Assembly: GCA_963728205.1 (NCBI GenBank)
Contig: CAVSIV010000006.1
Span: 830,831 to 894,830 of the forward strand
DNA length: 64,000 bases
Direction: 5' to 3'
From: an uncultured Chloroflexia bacterium
GTDB taxonomy: Bacteria; Chloroflexota; Dehalococcoidia; UBA2979
Shown: piece by piece, positions 51,795 through 60,370 of the stretch
How positions within the stretch are numbered: the first letter of the stretch is position 1
How the letters are laid out: each line of letters opens with the position of its first letter
Notes under the pieces: generated by a model
Told to the model about the DNA's origin: nothing
Database searches by the model: none
The model's input: only the letters and a program-made list of their open reading frames with translations
Position numbers and translations under genes: made by a program

Positions 51795-52549
51795 TGGAAC
51801 TGACCGCGCCGCCCCGCGTCGCCGCCCTGAGCAACGAGGACTACGATGCCAGCGCCACCGTGCGCGACATGCGCAGCCTCGAGCGCTGCCTCGACTACAT
51901 CCGCGACCACGCGGACCACCCGCTGAATAGCCTCCTCGACCTCGGCTGCGGCCGCGGCTGGCTGACGCTGCACGTCGCCTCGCGCCTCGGCATCGAGGCC
52001 ATGGCCGGCATCGACCGGGACGCCGAGCGGCTGGCCGTCGCCAGCGAGCGGGGCATCCGCGCCTGGAAGCTCGACCTCGAGCACCACGCCTACCCGGTCG
52101 AGATGTGCTCGCAGGACGTCGTCTGCACCTTCGGAATGTTCGAGCACATCGTGTACTACGACCACGTGCTCAGCGAGGTGCGCCGCGTACTCCGCCCGGG
52201 GGGCTGGCTGCTGATCGCGATGCCGAACCTGGGCAGCTACCTGAACCGGCTCTCGTTGCTCGTCGGGGCGCAGCCACGGAACGTCGAGATCTCGAAGGAA
52301 GTCCCGGCCGGCATCATGCGCGCGTACAAGGGCCGGCTGAACGACGACGGCAGACCGATCGGGCACATCCACACCGCCACGCTGTCGGCAATGCGCGAGG
52401 TGCTCGCCCACCACGGCTTCGACACGCAGGTCGTGCAGAGCTCCAGCCCGGACTTCGGCAGCCGGCTCGTCCGGATCGCCAATCAGACGCTCGGCCGGTT
52501 CCCATCGCTCGCGCGCCGCTACATCATCGTCGCCCGGCGGCGGGACTAG
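51791..52549 (+). CDS. class I SAM-dependent methyltransferase
   Basis: 252 aa (ATGA overlap, RBS AGGAGGAG). LLDLGCGRGWLT is SAM motif I. VLRPGGWLLIAMPN is motif III. Confidence 0.88.
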   Translation: MMELTAPPRVAALSNEDYDASATVRDMRSLERCLDYIRDHADHPLNSLLDLGCGRGWLTLHVASRLGIEAMAGIDRDAERLAVASERGIRAWKLDLEHHAYPVEMCSQDVVCTFGMFEHIVYYDHVLSEVRRVLRPGGWLLIAMPNLGSYLNRLSLLVGAQPRNVEISKEVPAGIMRAYKGRLNDDGRPIGHIHTATLSAMREVLAHHGFDTQVVQSSSPDFGSRLVRIANQTLGRFPSLARRYIIVARRRD

Positions 52550-52594
52550 CGGGGAGGGGCGGCGGCGCTGCCGGGACGGGTCTGTCCGACGGGG

Positions 52595-53152
52595 TCAGTC
52601 GAGCAGGTGGAGGATCTCCGCTGCCTCCTCGAGCGCGGAGACGACGCGCAGCGCGTCCCACACGTCGGCGCCGCGCGCGTACGCGCCGTGGCCGCGCACG
52701 ACCACCACCGGCACGTCGGCGAGCGCCGCCGCGACCGGCTCGGCGGAGCGCTCCCACTCCGTCTCCACGACCGGCACGCGCGGGATGAAGAGCCGCCCCT
52801 CGAGGTTGCGCGGCTCGATGGCGTCGCGGTGGAAGCCGAGCGCGATCGCGTGCACCGGGTGCGCGTGGACGACCGCGCCGGCGTCGGGGCACGCCGCGTA
52901 GACGGCGAGGTGGATGCGCGTGTCGGACGACGGCGCCGGCGCGCCGGCGTCCCGCGCGCGACCGTCCGCGTCCACCTCCACGAGGCGCTCCCGCGTGAGC
53001 CGGCCGAGCATCGCGCCCGTGGCGCTGATCAGCGCGCCGCCGCCCGGCGCACGCACGGAGACGTTCCCCCCGTGCGACGTCACGAGCCGCGCGGTCCACA
53101 GGTCGCGCCCGACCGCAACGAGGTTCTCCCAGTCGAGCATGGCGTCTGGCAT
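52595..53152 (-). CDS. class II aldolase/adducin-family protein
   Basis: 185 aa from ATG 53150-53152 (RBS GGAGG). SHGGNVSVR ... HLAVYAACPDAGAVVHAHPVHAIAL ... VVVRGHGAYA carries the zinc-binding His residues. Confidence 0.88.
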   Translation of the reverse strand: MPDAMLDWENLVAVGRDLWTARLVTSHGGNVSVRAPGGGALISATGAMLGRLTRERLVEVDADGRARDAGAPAPSSDTRIHLAVYAACPDAGAVVHAHPVHAIALGFHRDAIEPRNLEGRLFIPRVPVVETEWERSAEPVAAALADVPVVVVRGHGAYARGADVWDALRVVSALEEAAEILHLLD

Positions 53153-53173
53153 CGGAGCCTCCGTCGCAACCCC

Positions 53174-53271
53174 CCACAGCGGCGGCAAATATGCCGCCGA
53201 CCGGTGCGCGGCGTCGGCCGCGCGGGCAGGAAGCCCGCGTGCTGTCGGCGGCATGTCTGCCGCCGCCGTGG
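53174..53271. repeat. double-hairpin palindromic element, asymmetric (decaying) copy
   Basis: The left arm has an AATA loop and the right arm has the canonical GACA loop. It lies between an SDR stop (53276) and the aldolase start (53152), both on the same strand. Confidence 0.85.
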
Positions 53272-53275
53272 GCCG

Positions 53276-54049
53276 CTAGAACCCGCCGCCGTTCACGGTC
53301 AGCCGCTGGTTTGTCACGTAGCGCCCGCTGTCGCCGACGAAGTACAGCACCGCGTTCGCGATGTCCTCCGGCTGGCACACGTGTCCGAATGGCATGTTGG
53401 CGTCGAGCTCGCGCATGTCCTTGATGCCCCGCGTCGCGCGGGCCAGCCGGAAGCCCATGTCGCTCTCGACGAGCCCCGGCGCGACGACGTTCACGCGGAT
53501 GCCGTGCTTGCGCTCTTCCTTCGCCAGCGTGTAGGCCACCGCCTCCATGCCGGCCTTCCCCATGTTGTACGGCGCCCCGCGCGCCCCGAACGACTGCGCC
53601 GCGCCCGACGAGATCATCACGACGTCGCCGCGCTCCAGCTCGCGCATCTGCGGCACGAGCAGCTTCGACACGTAGAACGCGCCGTAGGTGTGCGTCGCGA
53701 TCACGCGCTCGAGCTCGGCCGGGTCGGTGTCGACCACGGAGTTGCCGCGCGACGCGATCCCCGCGTTGTTCACGAGGATGCCGACTGAGCCGAAGTCGGC
53801 GAGCACGCGCTGCGTCATCGCCTCGACCTGCGCGTAGTCGGAGACGTCCGCCTGGTAGACCTCGGCGCGACGGCCGAGCGCGCGCACCTGCTCCGCCGTC
53901 TCGTTTGCGGCGTCCGGCGTGCGCGTGTAGTTGATCGCGACGTCGGCGCCGGCGCGCGCCAGCGCGAGCGACGATGCCCCGGCCGATGCCGCGCCCGCCG
54001 CCGGTGACGAGGGCGTTGCGGCCGCTGAGAGGTCGATGGTGACGGCCAT
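53276..54049 (-). CDS. short-chain dehydrogenase/reductase paralogue with a frame-swapped cofactor-binding motif
   Basis: The 257-aa frame is open. NNAG and the YxxxK region (YNMGKAG) are intact. The N-terminus reads LSAAATPSSPAAGAASAGASSLALARAG, while another frame over 53969-54025 encodes LSGRNALVTGGGRGIGRGIV, which is nearly identical to the paralogue at 54052-54822. Confidence 0.75.
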   Translation of the reverse strand: MAVTIDLSAAATPSSPAAGAASAGASSLALARAGADVAINYTRTPDAANETAEQVRALGRRAEVYQADVSDYAQVEAMTQRVLADFGSVGILVNNAGIASRGNSVVDTDPAELERVIATHTYGAFYVSKLLVPQMRELERGDVVMISSGAAQSFGARGAPYNMGKAGMEAVAYTLAKEERKHGIRVNVVAPGLVESDMGFRLARATRGIKDMRELDANMPFGHVCQPEDIANAVLYFVGDSGRYVTNQRLTVNGGGF

Positions 54050-54051
54050 CG

Positions 54052-54822
54052 CTAGAACCCTCCGCCGCTGACGGTGATGCGCTGGTTGGTGATGTAGCGG
54101 GCCTCGTCGCTCGCCAGGAAGACGACGGCGTTCGCGATGTCGGCAGGCTGGCAGAGGAAGCCGAACGGCTGGCTCGCCTCGAGCTCGTGGATGTCCTGCA
54201 CGCCGCGCGTGAACTTCACGAGCGCCTCGCCCATGTCGGTCTCGACGAGCCCCGGCGCCACGACGTTGACGTGGATGCCGTGCTGCCGCTCCTCCTTCGC
54301 CAGCGTGTACGCCAGCGCCTCCATCGCCGACTTGGCGGCGCTGTACGTGCCGCCCGTCGGCCCGAAGCTCTGCGCGCCCACCGACGAGATCATCACGACG
54401 TCGCCGCGGGGCCGCTCGCGCATCTGCGGGACGAGGAGCTGGCACATGTGGAACGACCCGATGGCGTGGGTCTCCATCAGCCAGCGGAAGTCCTCGGGCT
54501 TCGTGTCGGCGATGAACGGCCGGCCGATGGCGGTCGCGCCGACGCCCGCGTTGTTCACGAGGATGTCGACGTAGCCGAACTCGTCGAGCGCGCGCTGCGT
54601 CATTGCCTCGCACTGCGCGCGGTCGGCGACGTCGCCCTGCACGGCGAGCGCGCGGCGGCCGAGGCCGCGCACGGCGGCCGCCACCTCGTCGGCGGCGGCG
54701 GAGTTCTTCGCGTAGTTGATGGCGACGTCGGCGCCGGCTTCGGCGAGCTTGAGGCAGATGCCGCGGCCGATGCCGCGCCCGCCGCCGGTCACGAACGCGA
54801 CGCGCCCCTCCAGGCTGGGCAT
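54052..54822 (-). CDS. short-chain dehydrogenase/reductase (SDR)
   Basis: 256 aa. VAFVTGGGRGIGRGI, LVNNAG and YSAAKSA are present, and it has the same C-terminus (ITVSGGGF) as its neighbour. Confidence 0.92.
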   Translation of the reverse strand: MPSLEGRVAFVTGGGRGIGRGICLKLAEAGADVAINYAKNSAAADEVAAAVRGLGRRALAVQGDVADRAQCEAMTQRALDEFGYVDILVNNAGVGATAIGRPFIADTKPEDFRWLMETHAIGSFHMCQLLVPQMRERPRGDVVMISSVGAQSFGPTGGTYSAAKSAMEALAYTLAKEERQHGIHVNVVAPGLVETDMGEALVKFTRGVQDIHELEASQPFGFLCQPADIANAVVFLASDEARYITNQRITVSGGGF

Positions 54823-54947
54823 GTGCTGTCGTCCCTCCCCGTGGGATGACCGGCGGTGCCGGCCCGCTTCCCGGCGCGGAGTCTAGGGGCGCGCCCGGGG
54901 GCCGTCGAACGGATGCGGAACGGGACCGGGTGAACGCCGGATGGCGG

Positions 54948-55137
54948 GCGACGCCGGCGCCGGACGGCTGGCGCGCCGGCGCTGGACGGCAGACGCGCCG
55001 GCGCCGGACGGTGGGCGATGCCAGCGCCGGACCGCTGGCGACGCCAGCGCCGGACGGCTGGCGCGCCGGCGCCGGACGACGGGCGATGCCAGCGCCGGAC
55101 CGCTGGCGACGCCAGCGCCGGACGGCCGGCGCGCCGA
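54948..55137. repeat. tandem repeats of about 21 bp (GCGMYGCCRGCGCCGGACSGSTGG) with a 63-bp higher order, abutting a palindromic element
   Basis: About 9 units read directly from the sequence. They run into the left arm of the element at 55138. Confidence 0.8.
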
Positions 55138-55226
55138 CCGCGGCGGCAGACATGCCGCCGACAGGTGCGCGCCAGCCGCGCGGCTGGCGCCGCAATCTGT
55201 CGGCGGCATGTCTGCCGCCGCTGTGG
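55138..55226. repeat. double-hairpin palindromic element (left end truncated by 3 nt)
   Basis: CCGCGGCGGCAGACATGCCGCCGACAG ... CTGTCGGCGGCATGTCTGCCGCCGCTGTGG. It lies 18 nt after the Crp-family stop codon on the minus strand. Confidence 0.85.
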
Positions 55227-55243
55227 GCCGAGGGGCACACCGG

Positions 55244-55993
55244 TCAGCGATCCAGCGTGATGCGATCGGAGCGGCCGTCCGCGCGTGCGTAGCACTCGCA
55301 CGCCGCCGCCTCCAGCCCGGCGCGGTCGCAGACCGTGACCACGCCGCGCGAGTGCGCAATCAGTCCCATCTGCGAGAGCGCGTTCACCGTGATCGAGATC
55401 GTGGGACGGTGCGTGCCGACCATGTCGGCGAGGTCCTGCTGGGTGAGCGGAAACGAGTCCTCGGCCGACCGATCCTGCAGCCCGAGCAGCCAGCGCGCCG
55501 TCCGCTCGCGCACCGAGTGGAAGCGGCTGCACAGCGCCGACTGCGCGAGCTGCGCGACGATGGCGCCGGCGTAGACGTGCACGAGGGAGAGCAGCGGGGC
55601 ATTCCCGGCGGCACGCGCGCGGAAGCGATCCGCGCCCATCACGAGCGCGGAGCCCCCCAGCAGCACGGTCGCATGCCATGGCGCGCCACGCTCGCTGAAG
55701 ATCGTTGTCGGATCGATCATCCCCTCGTGCCCGACGATGGTCGCCTGCACGCTGCTGCCTTCGCGACTCTCGGGGGTCAGCGAGATGGCGCCGGCAAGAG
55801 GGAACCAGACCGAGGACGCCACCTCGCCCTGTGCGACGAGCACCTGCCCCGCATCGAGCGGCCGTTCCACAAGCTCGGAGGCGAGCGCCTCGAGCGTCGC
55901 GCGGGGAAGCCTGGCGAGCAGCCGATTCTTCCCGAGCGCATCGTCCACGAGACCTCCCGACCGTGCCAAACGCGTTGGTCGAACGTCGAGCAA
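55244..55993 (-). CDS. Crp/Fnr-family transcriptional regulator
   Basis: Up to 249 aa (TTG at 55993; a GTG at 55948 is equally plausible). It has a cNMP-binding-like N-domain and the C-terminal HTH LTQQDLADMVGTHRPTISITVNAL. Confidence 0.85.
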   Translation of the reverse strand: MLDVRPTRLARSGGLVDDALGKNRLLARLPRATLEALASELVERPLDAGQVLVAQGEVASSVWFPLAGAISLTPESREGSSVQATIVGHEGMIDPTTIFSERGAPWHATVLLGGSALVMGADRFRARAAGNAPLLSLVHVYAGAIVAQLAQSALCSRFHSVRERTARWLLGLQDRSAEDSFPLTQQDLADMVGTHRPTISITVNALSQMGLIAHSRGVVTVCDRAGLEAAACECYARADGRSDRITLDR

Positions 55994-56275
55994 GCGCCCT
56001 GCCCGCGGGATGCGAGACCCCGTCGTCGCGGACTACGCAGGGCGAGTTGTGGCGACACTATGAATCGCCTGCGTCGCTGTCGGTCAGCAATCAAACACTT
56101 GCGCAGAGCGCGTCCCCAAACGGGCTCGCGCGAGCGGCCACACGCGCGCTGTGGCGGCCGTTGGAGGTCGGTCCAATCGACGTCCGCACGTCCCCGCCGG
56201 GGGCGCGGCGCATCGGCCCGGCGCACGGCGGCGCACACGGCCGCTCGCGCGGAGACCAGGAGGGGGCGTCGCGGC

Positions 56276-57487
56276 CTAGTCGAGGGCCGCCGTGCGCGGA
56301 GTGGGCGCCACGCCGCGCACCTCGGGGCGTCCCCGCGTCATCCAGAGGAAGGTCGGCGTCCCGAGCAGCAGCACGACCGCGCCGAAGTAGAAGGCGGCCG
56401 TCGGCGCGCCGAACACCCCGACCACCAATCCTCCCGCCACGGAGCCGATGAGCACGCCCACGCCGTTGCCCGCGGCGCCGAGCCCCAGCACGGTGCCCAT
56501 CCCCACGCGCCGCCCCACGGCAACCTGCATCGCGCCGGCACCGACCAGCGCCGCGCTGGACCCGAGCCCGACGCCGAACAGCAGCACGAAGATCAGCGCC
56601 AGGTGCGACACGACGCCGAGCAGGAAGAGCGTCACCGCGGAGAACAGCAGCCCGAAGATGACCACGCCCCGGCGGCTGCTCGCGTCGGCGAGGTAGCCGG
56701 CCACCGGCTGCGCGAACGCGCTCGCGACGCTCTCCATCGAGAACGCCACGCCGATCAGCAGCGGGTCGACGCCGAGGTTCTCGAGCCGCACGCCCAGGAA
56801 GCTCAGCGTCGCGCCGAACGTGAGCGAGCTGAGCGCCATGAGGAACGTCAGCGCGAGCACCATGCGATCGCCCAGCGCGCGCATCGATGCCATGCCGCCG
56901 CCCGCGCGCCCGACGATGCCACCGGCGCGCTCCGCCGCGCTGTGGCGCGGCAGCAGCAGCGCGACGATCACCGCCGCCGATCCCATCAGCAGGGCCATCC
57001 CCACGAAGACGCTGGAGAACCCGAACGCCTGCCGGATGGCGCCGGCGAAGATTGGACCGGTGCCGTAGCCCAGGACGTCGGCCGTCGCGAAGACGCCGAA
57101 CCAGCGACCCTCGCGACCCTCGGGCACGATGTCGCCGATGTACGCGCGGGCGACGGCGAAGATCAGGCTGGTGCCGCAGCCGCTGAGCAGGCGGAAGGCG
57201 AGCACCTGCGCGAGCGACGTCGCGGTGAGGTAGCCGAACGCCGCGACGAAGTACGCGAGCAGCCCGAGGACGATGAAGGGCTTCCGGCCGTAGCGGTCGG
57301 ACCAGCCGCCGGCGAACGGCGAGACCGCCGTCTGGCTGACCGCGAAGATCGAGAACGTCAGGCCGATCCAGATGCCGCTCGCGCCGAGGTCCTTCGCGTA
57401 GACCGGCAGCAGGGGGCTGACCATGGAGATGCCCATGTTCGCGACGAGATCGGCCAGGAAGAGAACGACGAACGGTCGCGAGCGCAT
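56276..57487 (-). CDS. MFS transporter (DHA1-like efflux type)
   Basis: 403 aa with 12 hydrophobic helices and the motif A-like GGWSDRYGRKP. Confidence 0.9.
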   Translation of the reverse strand: MRSRPFVVLFLADLVANMGISMVSPLLPVYAKDLGASGIWIGLTFSIFAVSQTAVSPFAGGWSDRYGRKPFIVLGLLAYFVAAFGYLTATSLAQVLAFRLLSGCGTSLIFAVARAYIGDIVPEGREGRWFGVFATADVLGYGTGPIFAGAIRQAFGFSSVFVGMALLMGSAAVIVALLLPRHSAAERAGGIVGRAGGGMASMRALGDRMVLALTFLMALSSLTFGATLSFLGVRLENLGVDPLLIGVAFSMESVASAFAQPVAGYLADASSRRGVVIFGLLFSAVTLFLLGVVSHLALIFVLLFGVGLGSSAALVGAGAMQVAVGRRVGMGTVLGLGAAGNGVGVLIGSVAGGLVVGVFGAPTAAFYFGAVVLLLGTPTFLWMTRGRPEVRGVAPTPRTAALD

Positions 57488-57562
57488 CGGGCCACGCTAG
57501 CATCGGATCGCGTCAGGGCCGACCGGTGGAACGCGGCGGCCACCACGAGCGTTGAGATCCGC

Positions 57563-58204
57563 ATGAGACGCCTGCGACCGAACCTGTTGGCGGGCCTCGC
57601 GGCCCTCGCAGGCGCGTGCCTGCTCGCGGCGTGCGCGAGCGGCGCGGGCGGGTCGGCGACGCCGGCCGGCCGGGCAACAGCGGGCGCGACGGGCACGACG
57701 ATCCCCAGCGCGACGCCGGCGCCGTCTGTCGTGGCGACGGCGTCGGGCGGCGGCAGCGCGACCGCCGTGAGCGCGACGGCGCTGCCCGGCCGCACCGTCA
57801 CGCCGCAGCCGCCGGGTACGACAGCGACGCCCGCGCCCACGCCCACGCTCCCGCCCGTCACGCCGACACCGCTGGCGACGCCGACACCGCCCGCGACCGG
57901 CGCCGGCGTCTACGGGCTGATCACGGTGGGGCCGACCTGCCCGGTCGAGCGCGCCGACCAGCCGTGCCCCCCGCGCGCCTACGACGGCACGCTGTCGTTC
58001 CAGGACGCGTCGGGGCACGAGGCCGCGCGCGTGACCGCGGGGTCCGACGGGCAGTACGCGGTGAAGCTCGCCGCCGGCACGTACCACGTCGTCCCGATGA
58101 CGACGGGCGGCGGCATGCTGCCGCATGGCAACCCCACGGACGTCACGGTGACGAGCGGCCAGTGGACGCGACTCGACGTCATCTACGACAGCGGAATCCG
58201 GTAG
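57563..58204 (+). CDS. lipoprotein with T/P-rich linker and C-terminal beta-sandwich (carboxypeptidase-regulatory-like) domain
   Basis: 213 aa. Lipobox LAGACLLAAC, a TP-rich linker, then GVYGLITVGPTCP ... GTYHVVP. Confidence 0.75.
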   Translation: MRRLRPNLLAGLAALAGACLLAACASGAGGSATPAGRATAGATGTTIPSATPAPSVVATASGGGSATAVSATALPGRTVTPQPPGTTATPAPTPTLPPVTPTPLATPTPPATGAGVYGLITVGPTCPVERADQPCPPRAYDGTLSFQDASGHEAARVTAGSDGQYAVKLAAGTYHVVPMTTGGGMLPHGNPTDVTVTSGQWTRLDVIYDSGIR

Positions 58205-58233
58205 CGAGCGCCCCCGTGCCGCGCCCCGCGGCG

Positions 58234-58256
58234 AGCCGCCGGCAGCCTCGGCGGCT
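58234..58256 (+). terminator. hairpin plus short T run after the lipoprotein gene
   Basis: AGCCGCCG-GCAGCCT-CGGCGGCT followed by TTCC, 30 nt after the stop codon. Confidence 0.45.
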
Positions 58257-58289
58257 TTCCGATCGGAACACCGCCACCGCCCGCCGGGC

Positions 58290-58922
58290 CTACCGGCCCG
58301 CGACGAACGCGACCGTCTCGGCGATCGCCTCCGCCAGGTTCTCGGCCTCGGTGCGGCCCGACGCCTTGCGCGGCTTCAGCGAGTGGTCGCCGTCGGGCAG
58401 CCAGTGCACGCGAATGGCGGGCGACAACTCGTAGCCCGCGACTTCCCCGCGCGCGCCCATCGGGTCGCGCTCACCCTGCAGGATGAGCGCCGGCGTGCGG
58501 AGGTGCTCGAGGTGAGCCGTGCGCAGCACGCGCGGCCGGCCGGCGGGATGGAATGGGTAGCCGAGGCACACGAGACCGTCGACGCCGGCCTCGTCGGCGA
58601 CCATCGACGCGATGCGCCCGCCCATCGACTTCCCACCGATCACGAGCACTCCGCCGGCGGCGGGGCGCGCCGCGGCGATGGCCGCGCGATAGGCGTCGAG
58701 CAGCACCGGCTGACGGTCGGGCGCCCCGCCACGGCCGGTCGTCCGGCGCGCCGCCATGTACGGGAACTCGAAGCGCACGACCCGGATGCCGGCCTCCCCC
58801 ACGCCGCGCGCGACCGTCGTCATGAAGGGGTGGTCCATCGGCGCGCCGGCGCCGTGCGCGCAGAGGAAGAGGCGCGGCGCGTCCGCGGGGCCGTCGACGA
58901 GGAACCGGGGCGCGTCCGCCAT
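58290..58922 (-). CDS. alpha/beta hydrolase (COG3571/KANL3-like)
   Basis: 210 aa. LCAHGAGAPMDHPFM, the nucleophile elbow GGKSMGG, and the C-terminal DGDHSL. Its start overlaps the glycerate kinase stop (TGATG). Confidence 0.85.
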   Translation of the reverse strand: MADAPRFLVDGPADAPRLFLCAHGAGAPMDHPFMTTVARGVGEAGIRVVRFEFPYMAARRTTGRGGAPDRQPVLLDAYRAAIAAARPAAGGVLVIGGKSMGGRIASMVADEAGVDGLVCLGYPFHPAGRPRVLRTAHLEHLRTPALILQGERDPMGARGEVAGYELSPAIRVHWLPDGDHSLKPRKASGRTEAENLAEAIAETVAFVAGR

Positions 58923-60079
58923 CAGGTCACCTCCGCCGCGTGCCGCGCGACCAGGCGCGCCGCCGCCGCCGCCACGAGCTCCGGCGCGCGGCGCATCGCC
59001 TCCGCCTCGTCGAGCGCGCCGTCCGCGTCGACCAGGGACTCCGTATCGACGATGTCCGCCGGCACGCCGTCGACGCGCCCGGCCACGGCCATGCACGGCC
59101 GGCCGGCGGCGTGCGCGATCGCCGCGACGCTCGCGACCGTCTTGCCGAAGCCCGTCTGCGCGTCGAGCCGGCCCTCGCCCGTCACGACGAGGTCGGCGGC
59201 GACGACGGCGGCCCGCAGCCCGACGGCGTCGCCGACGAGCGCCGCGCCCGACTCGATCGACGCGCTCCCGCCGGCGGCGCGCGCCGCGGCGAGCAGCCCC
59301 ACCGGCAGCCCGCCACCCGCGCCCGCGCCCGCCAGCCCGCGCACGTCGAGGTCGAGCGTCGCCGCGAGCACCTCGGCCCATCGCGCGAGCGCCTGCTCGA
59401 GCGCCGGCGCCATCCAGTCGGCGACGCCCTTCTGCGGGCCGTAGATCGCGGTCGCGCCCGTCGCGCCGAGCAGCGGGTTGGTGACGTCGACCGCGACGCG
59501 CAGCGCGACGTCGCGCAGCGCCGGCTCGACGCCGCTCGCGTCGACCCGCGCGAGCCGCACGAGCGCCAGGCCGCCCGGCGGCAGCGGGTCGTCGTTGGCG
59601 TCGAGCAGCCGCAGCCCGAGCGCGCGCGCCGCGCCGGAGCCGCCGTCGTTCGTCCCGGTCCCGCCGACGCCGACGACGATCCGTCGCGCGCCGCGCCGCA
59701 GCGCGTCGCGCAGCTGGTCGCCCACGCCCTCGGTGGAGGCGAGCGCCGGGCGGCGCTCGGCCGCCGGCAGCAGGACGAGCCCCGCGGTCGCCGCCGCCTC
59801 GATCACGGCCGCCGGCGGGTCGCCGGCGAGGAGCGCGTACGCGGCGTCCTCGACCGGCGCGCCGAGCGGGCCGCGCGCCGCCGCGCGCACGAGCGTCGCG
59901 CCCGACGCCTGCGCCACGATCGCGGCGGTGCCGGGCCCACCATCGGCGAGCGGCAGCTCGCGCACGTCGGCGCCGGGCAGCGCGCGACGCACCCCGTCGG
60001 CGATGGCGCGCGCGGCCGCGACCGCCGTCAGCGACCCTTTGAACTCCTGCGGACAGACGAGGACGCGCGGCGCGGACAT
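58922..60079 (-). CDS. glycerate kinase
   Basis: 385 aa. VLVCPQEFKGSLTA, LPLADGGPGT, VVGVGGTGTNDGGSGAA and VVTGEGRLDAQTGFGK are glycerate kinase family blocks. Confidence 0.92.
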   Translation of the reverse strand: MSAPRVLVCPQEFKGSLTAVAAARAIADGVRRALPGADVRELPLADGGPGTAAIVAQASGATLVRAAARGPLGAPVEDAAYALLAGDPPAAVIEAAATAGLVLLPAAERRPALASTEGVGDQLRDALRRGARRIVVGVGGTGTNDGGSGAARALGLRLLDANDDPLPPGGLALVRLARVDASGVEPALRDVALRVAVDVTNPLLGATGATAIYGPQKGVADWMAPALEQALARWAEVLAATLDLDVRGLAGAGAGGGLPVGLLAAARAAGGSASIESGAALVGDAVGLRAAVVAADLVVTGEGRLDAQTGFGKTVASVAAIAHAAGRPCMAVAGRVDGVPADIVDTESLVDADGALDEAEAMRRAPELVAAAAARLVARHAAEVT

Positions 60080-60092
60080 CCGCCGGCCGCGC

Positions 60093-60254
60093 TCAGATGC
60101 CCCAGCGCAGCCGGATGACCGCGGCGATCAGGATCGCGAGCACGTAGGCGTAGCCGACGACGCGCAGCTTGCGTCCGAAGCGCCCGACCCACCTCGGACG
60201 GAACAGGTAGTAATAGGCACCGAACACGATGCCGAGCAGGATCAGCGGGAGCAT
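60093..60254 (-). CDS. small membrane protein (53 aa, two hydrophobic helices), below the ORF-track size cut-off
   Basis: ATG 60252-60254 is preceded by GGAGGGG. It reads MLPLILLGIVFGAYYYLFRPRWVGRFGRKLRVVGYAYVLAILIAAVIRLRWGI. High GC3. Confidence 0.6.
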   Translation of the reverse strand: MLPLILLGIVFGAYYYLFRPRWVGRFGRKLRVVGYAYVLAILIAAVIRLRWGI

Positions 60255-60296
60255 GGACCCCTCCACGCCCCATCGTAAACGACCGCCGCCGCAGGG

Positions 60297-60325
60297 TTGA
60301 CTCGAACACCCGTTCTGATTATCGT
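60297..60325 (+). promoter_or_regulatory. sigma-70-like promoter TTGACT-N17-TATCGT
   Basis: -35 at 60297-60302 and -10 at 60320-60325, with an exact 17-nt spacer, about 45 nt upstream of the ATG at 60371. Confidence 0.6.
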
Positions 60326-60351
60326 GAGCACCTACTCGAACGCCCGTTCGG
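60302..60351. promoter_or_regulatory. two LexA (Cheo/SOS) box candidates
   Basis: TCGAACACCCGTTCTG (60302-60317, inside the promoter spacer) and TCGAACGCCCGTTCGG (60336-60351). Compare the Gram-positive/actinobacterial consensus TCGAAC-N4-GTTCGA. They sit within a 21-nt direct repeat spaced 34 nt apart. Confidence 0.6.
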
Positions 60352-60370
60352 ATTCCACGGGAGCCGTGCC

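Noticed and set aside
60028-60309. The 93-aa ORF 60028-60309 on the minus strand, which overlaps the glycerate kinase start and the SOS-box region.
   Set aside because: Its composition is poor and it overlaps a well-supported gene end. The 53-aa frame 60093-60254, with a strong RBS and two hydrophobic helices, explains the region better.
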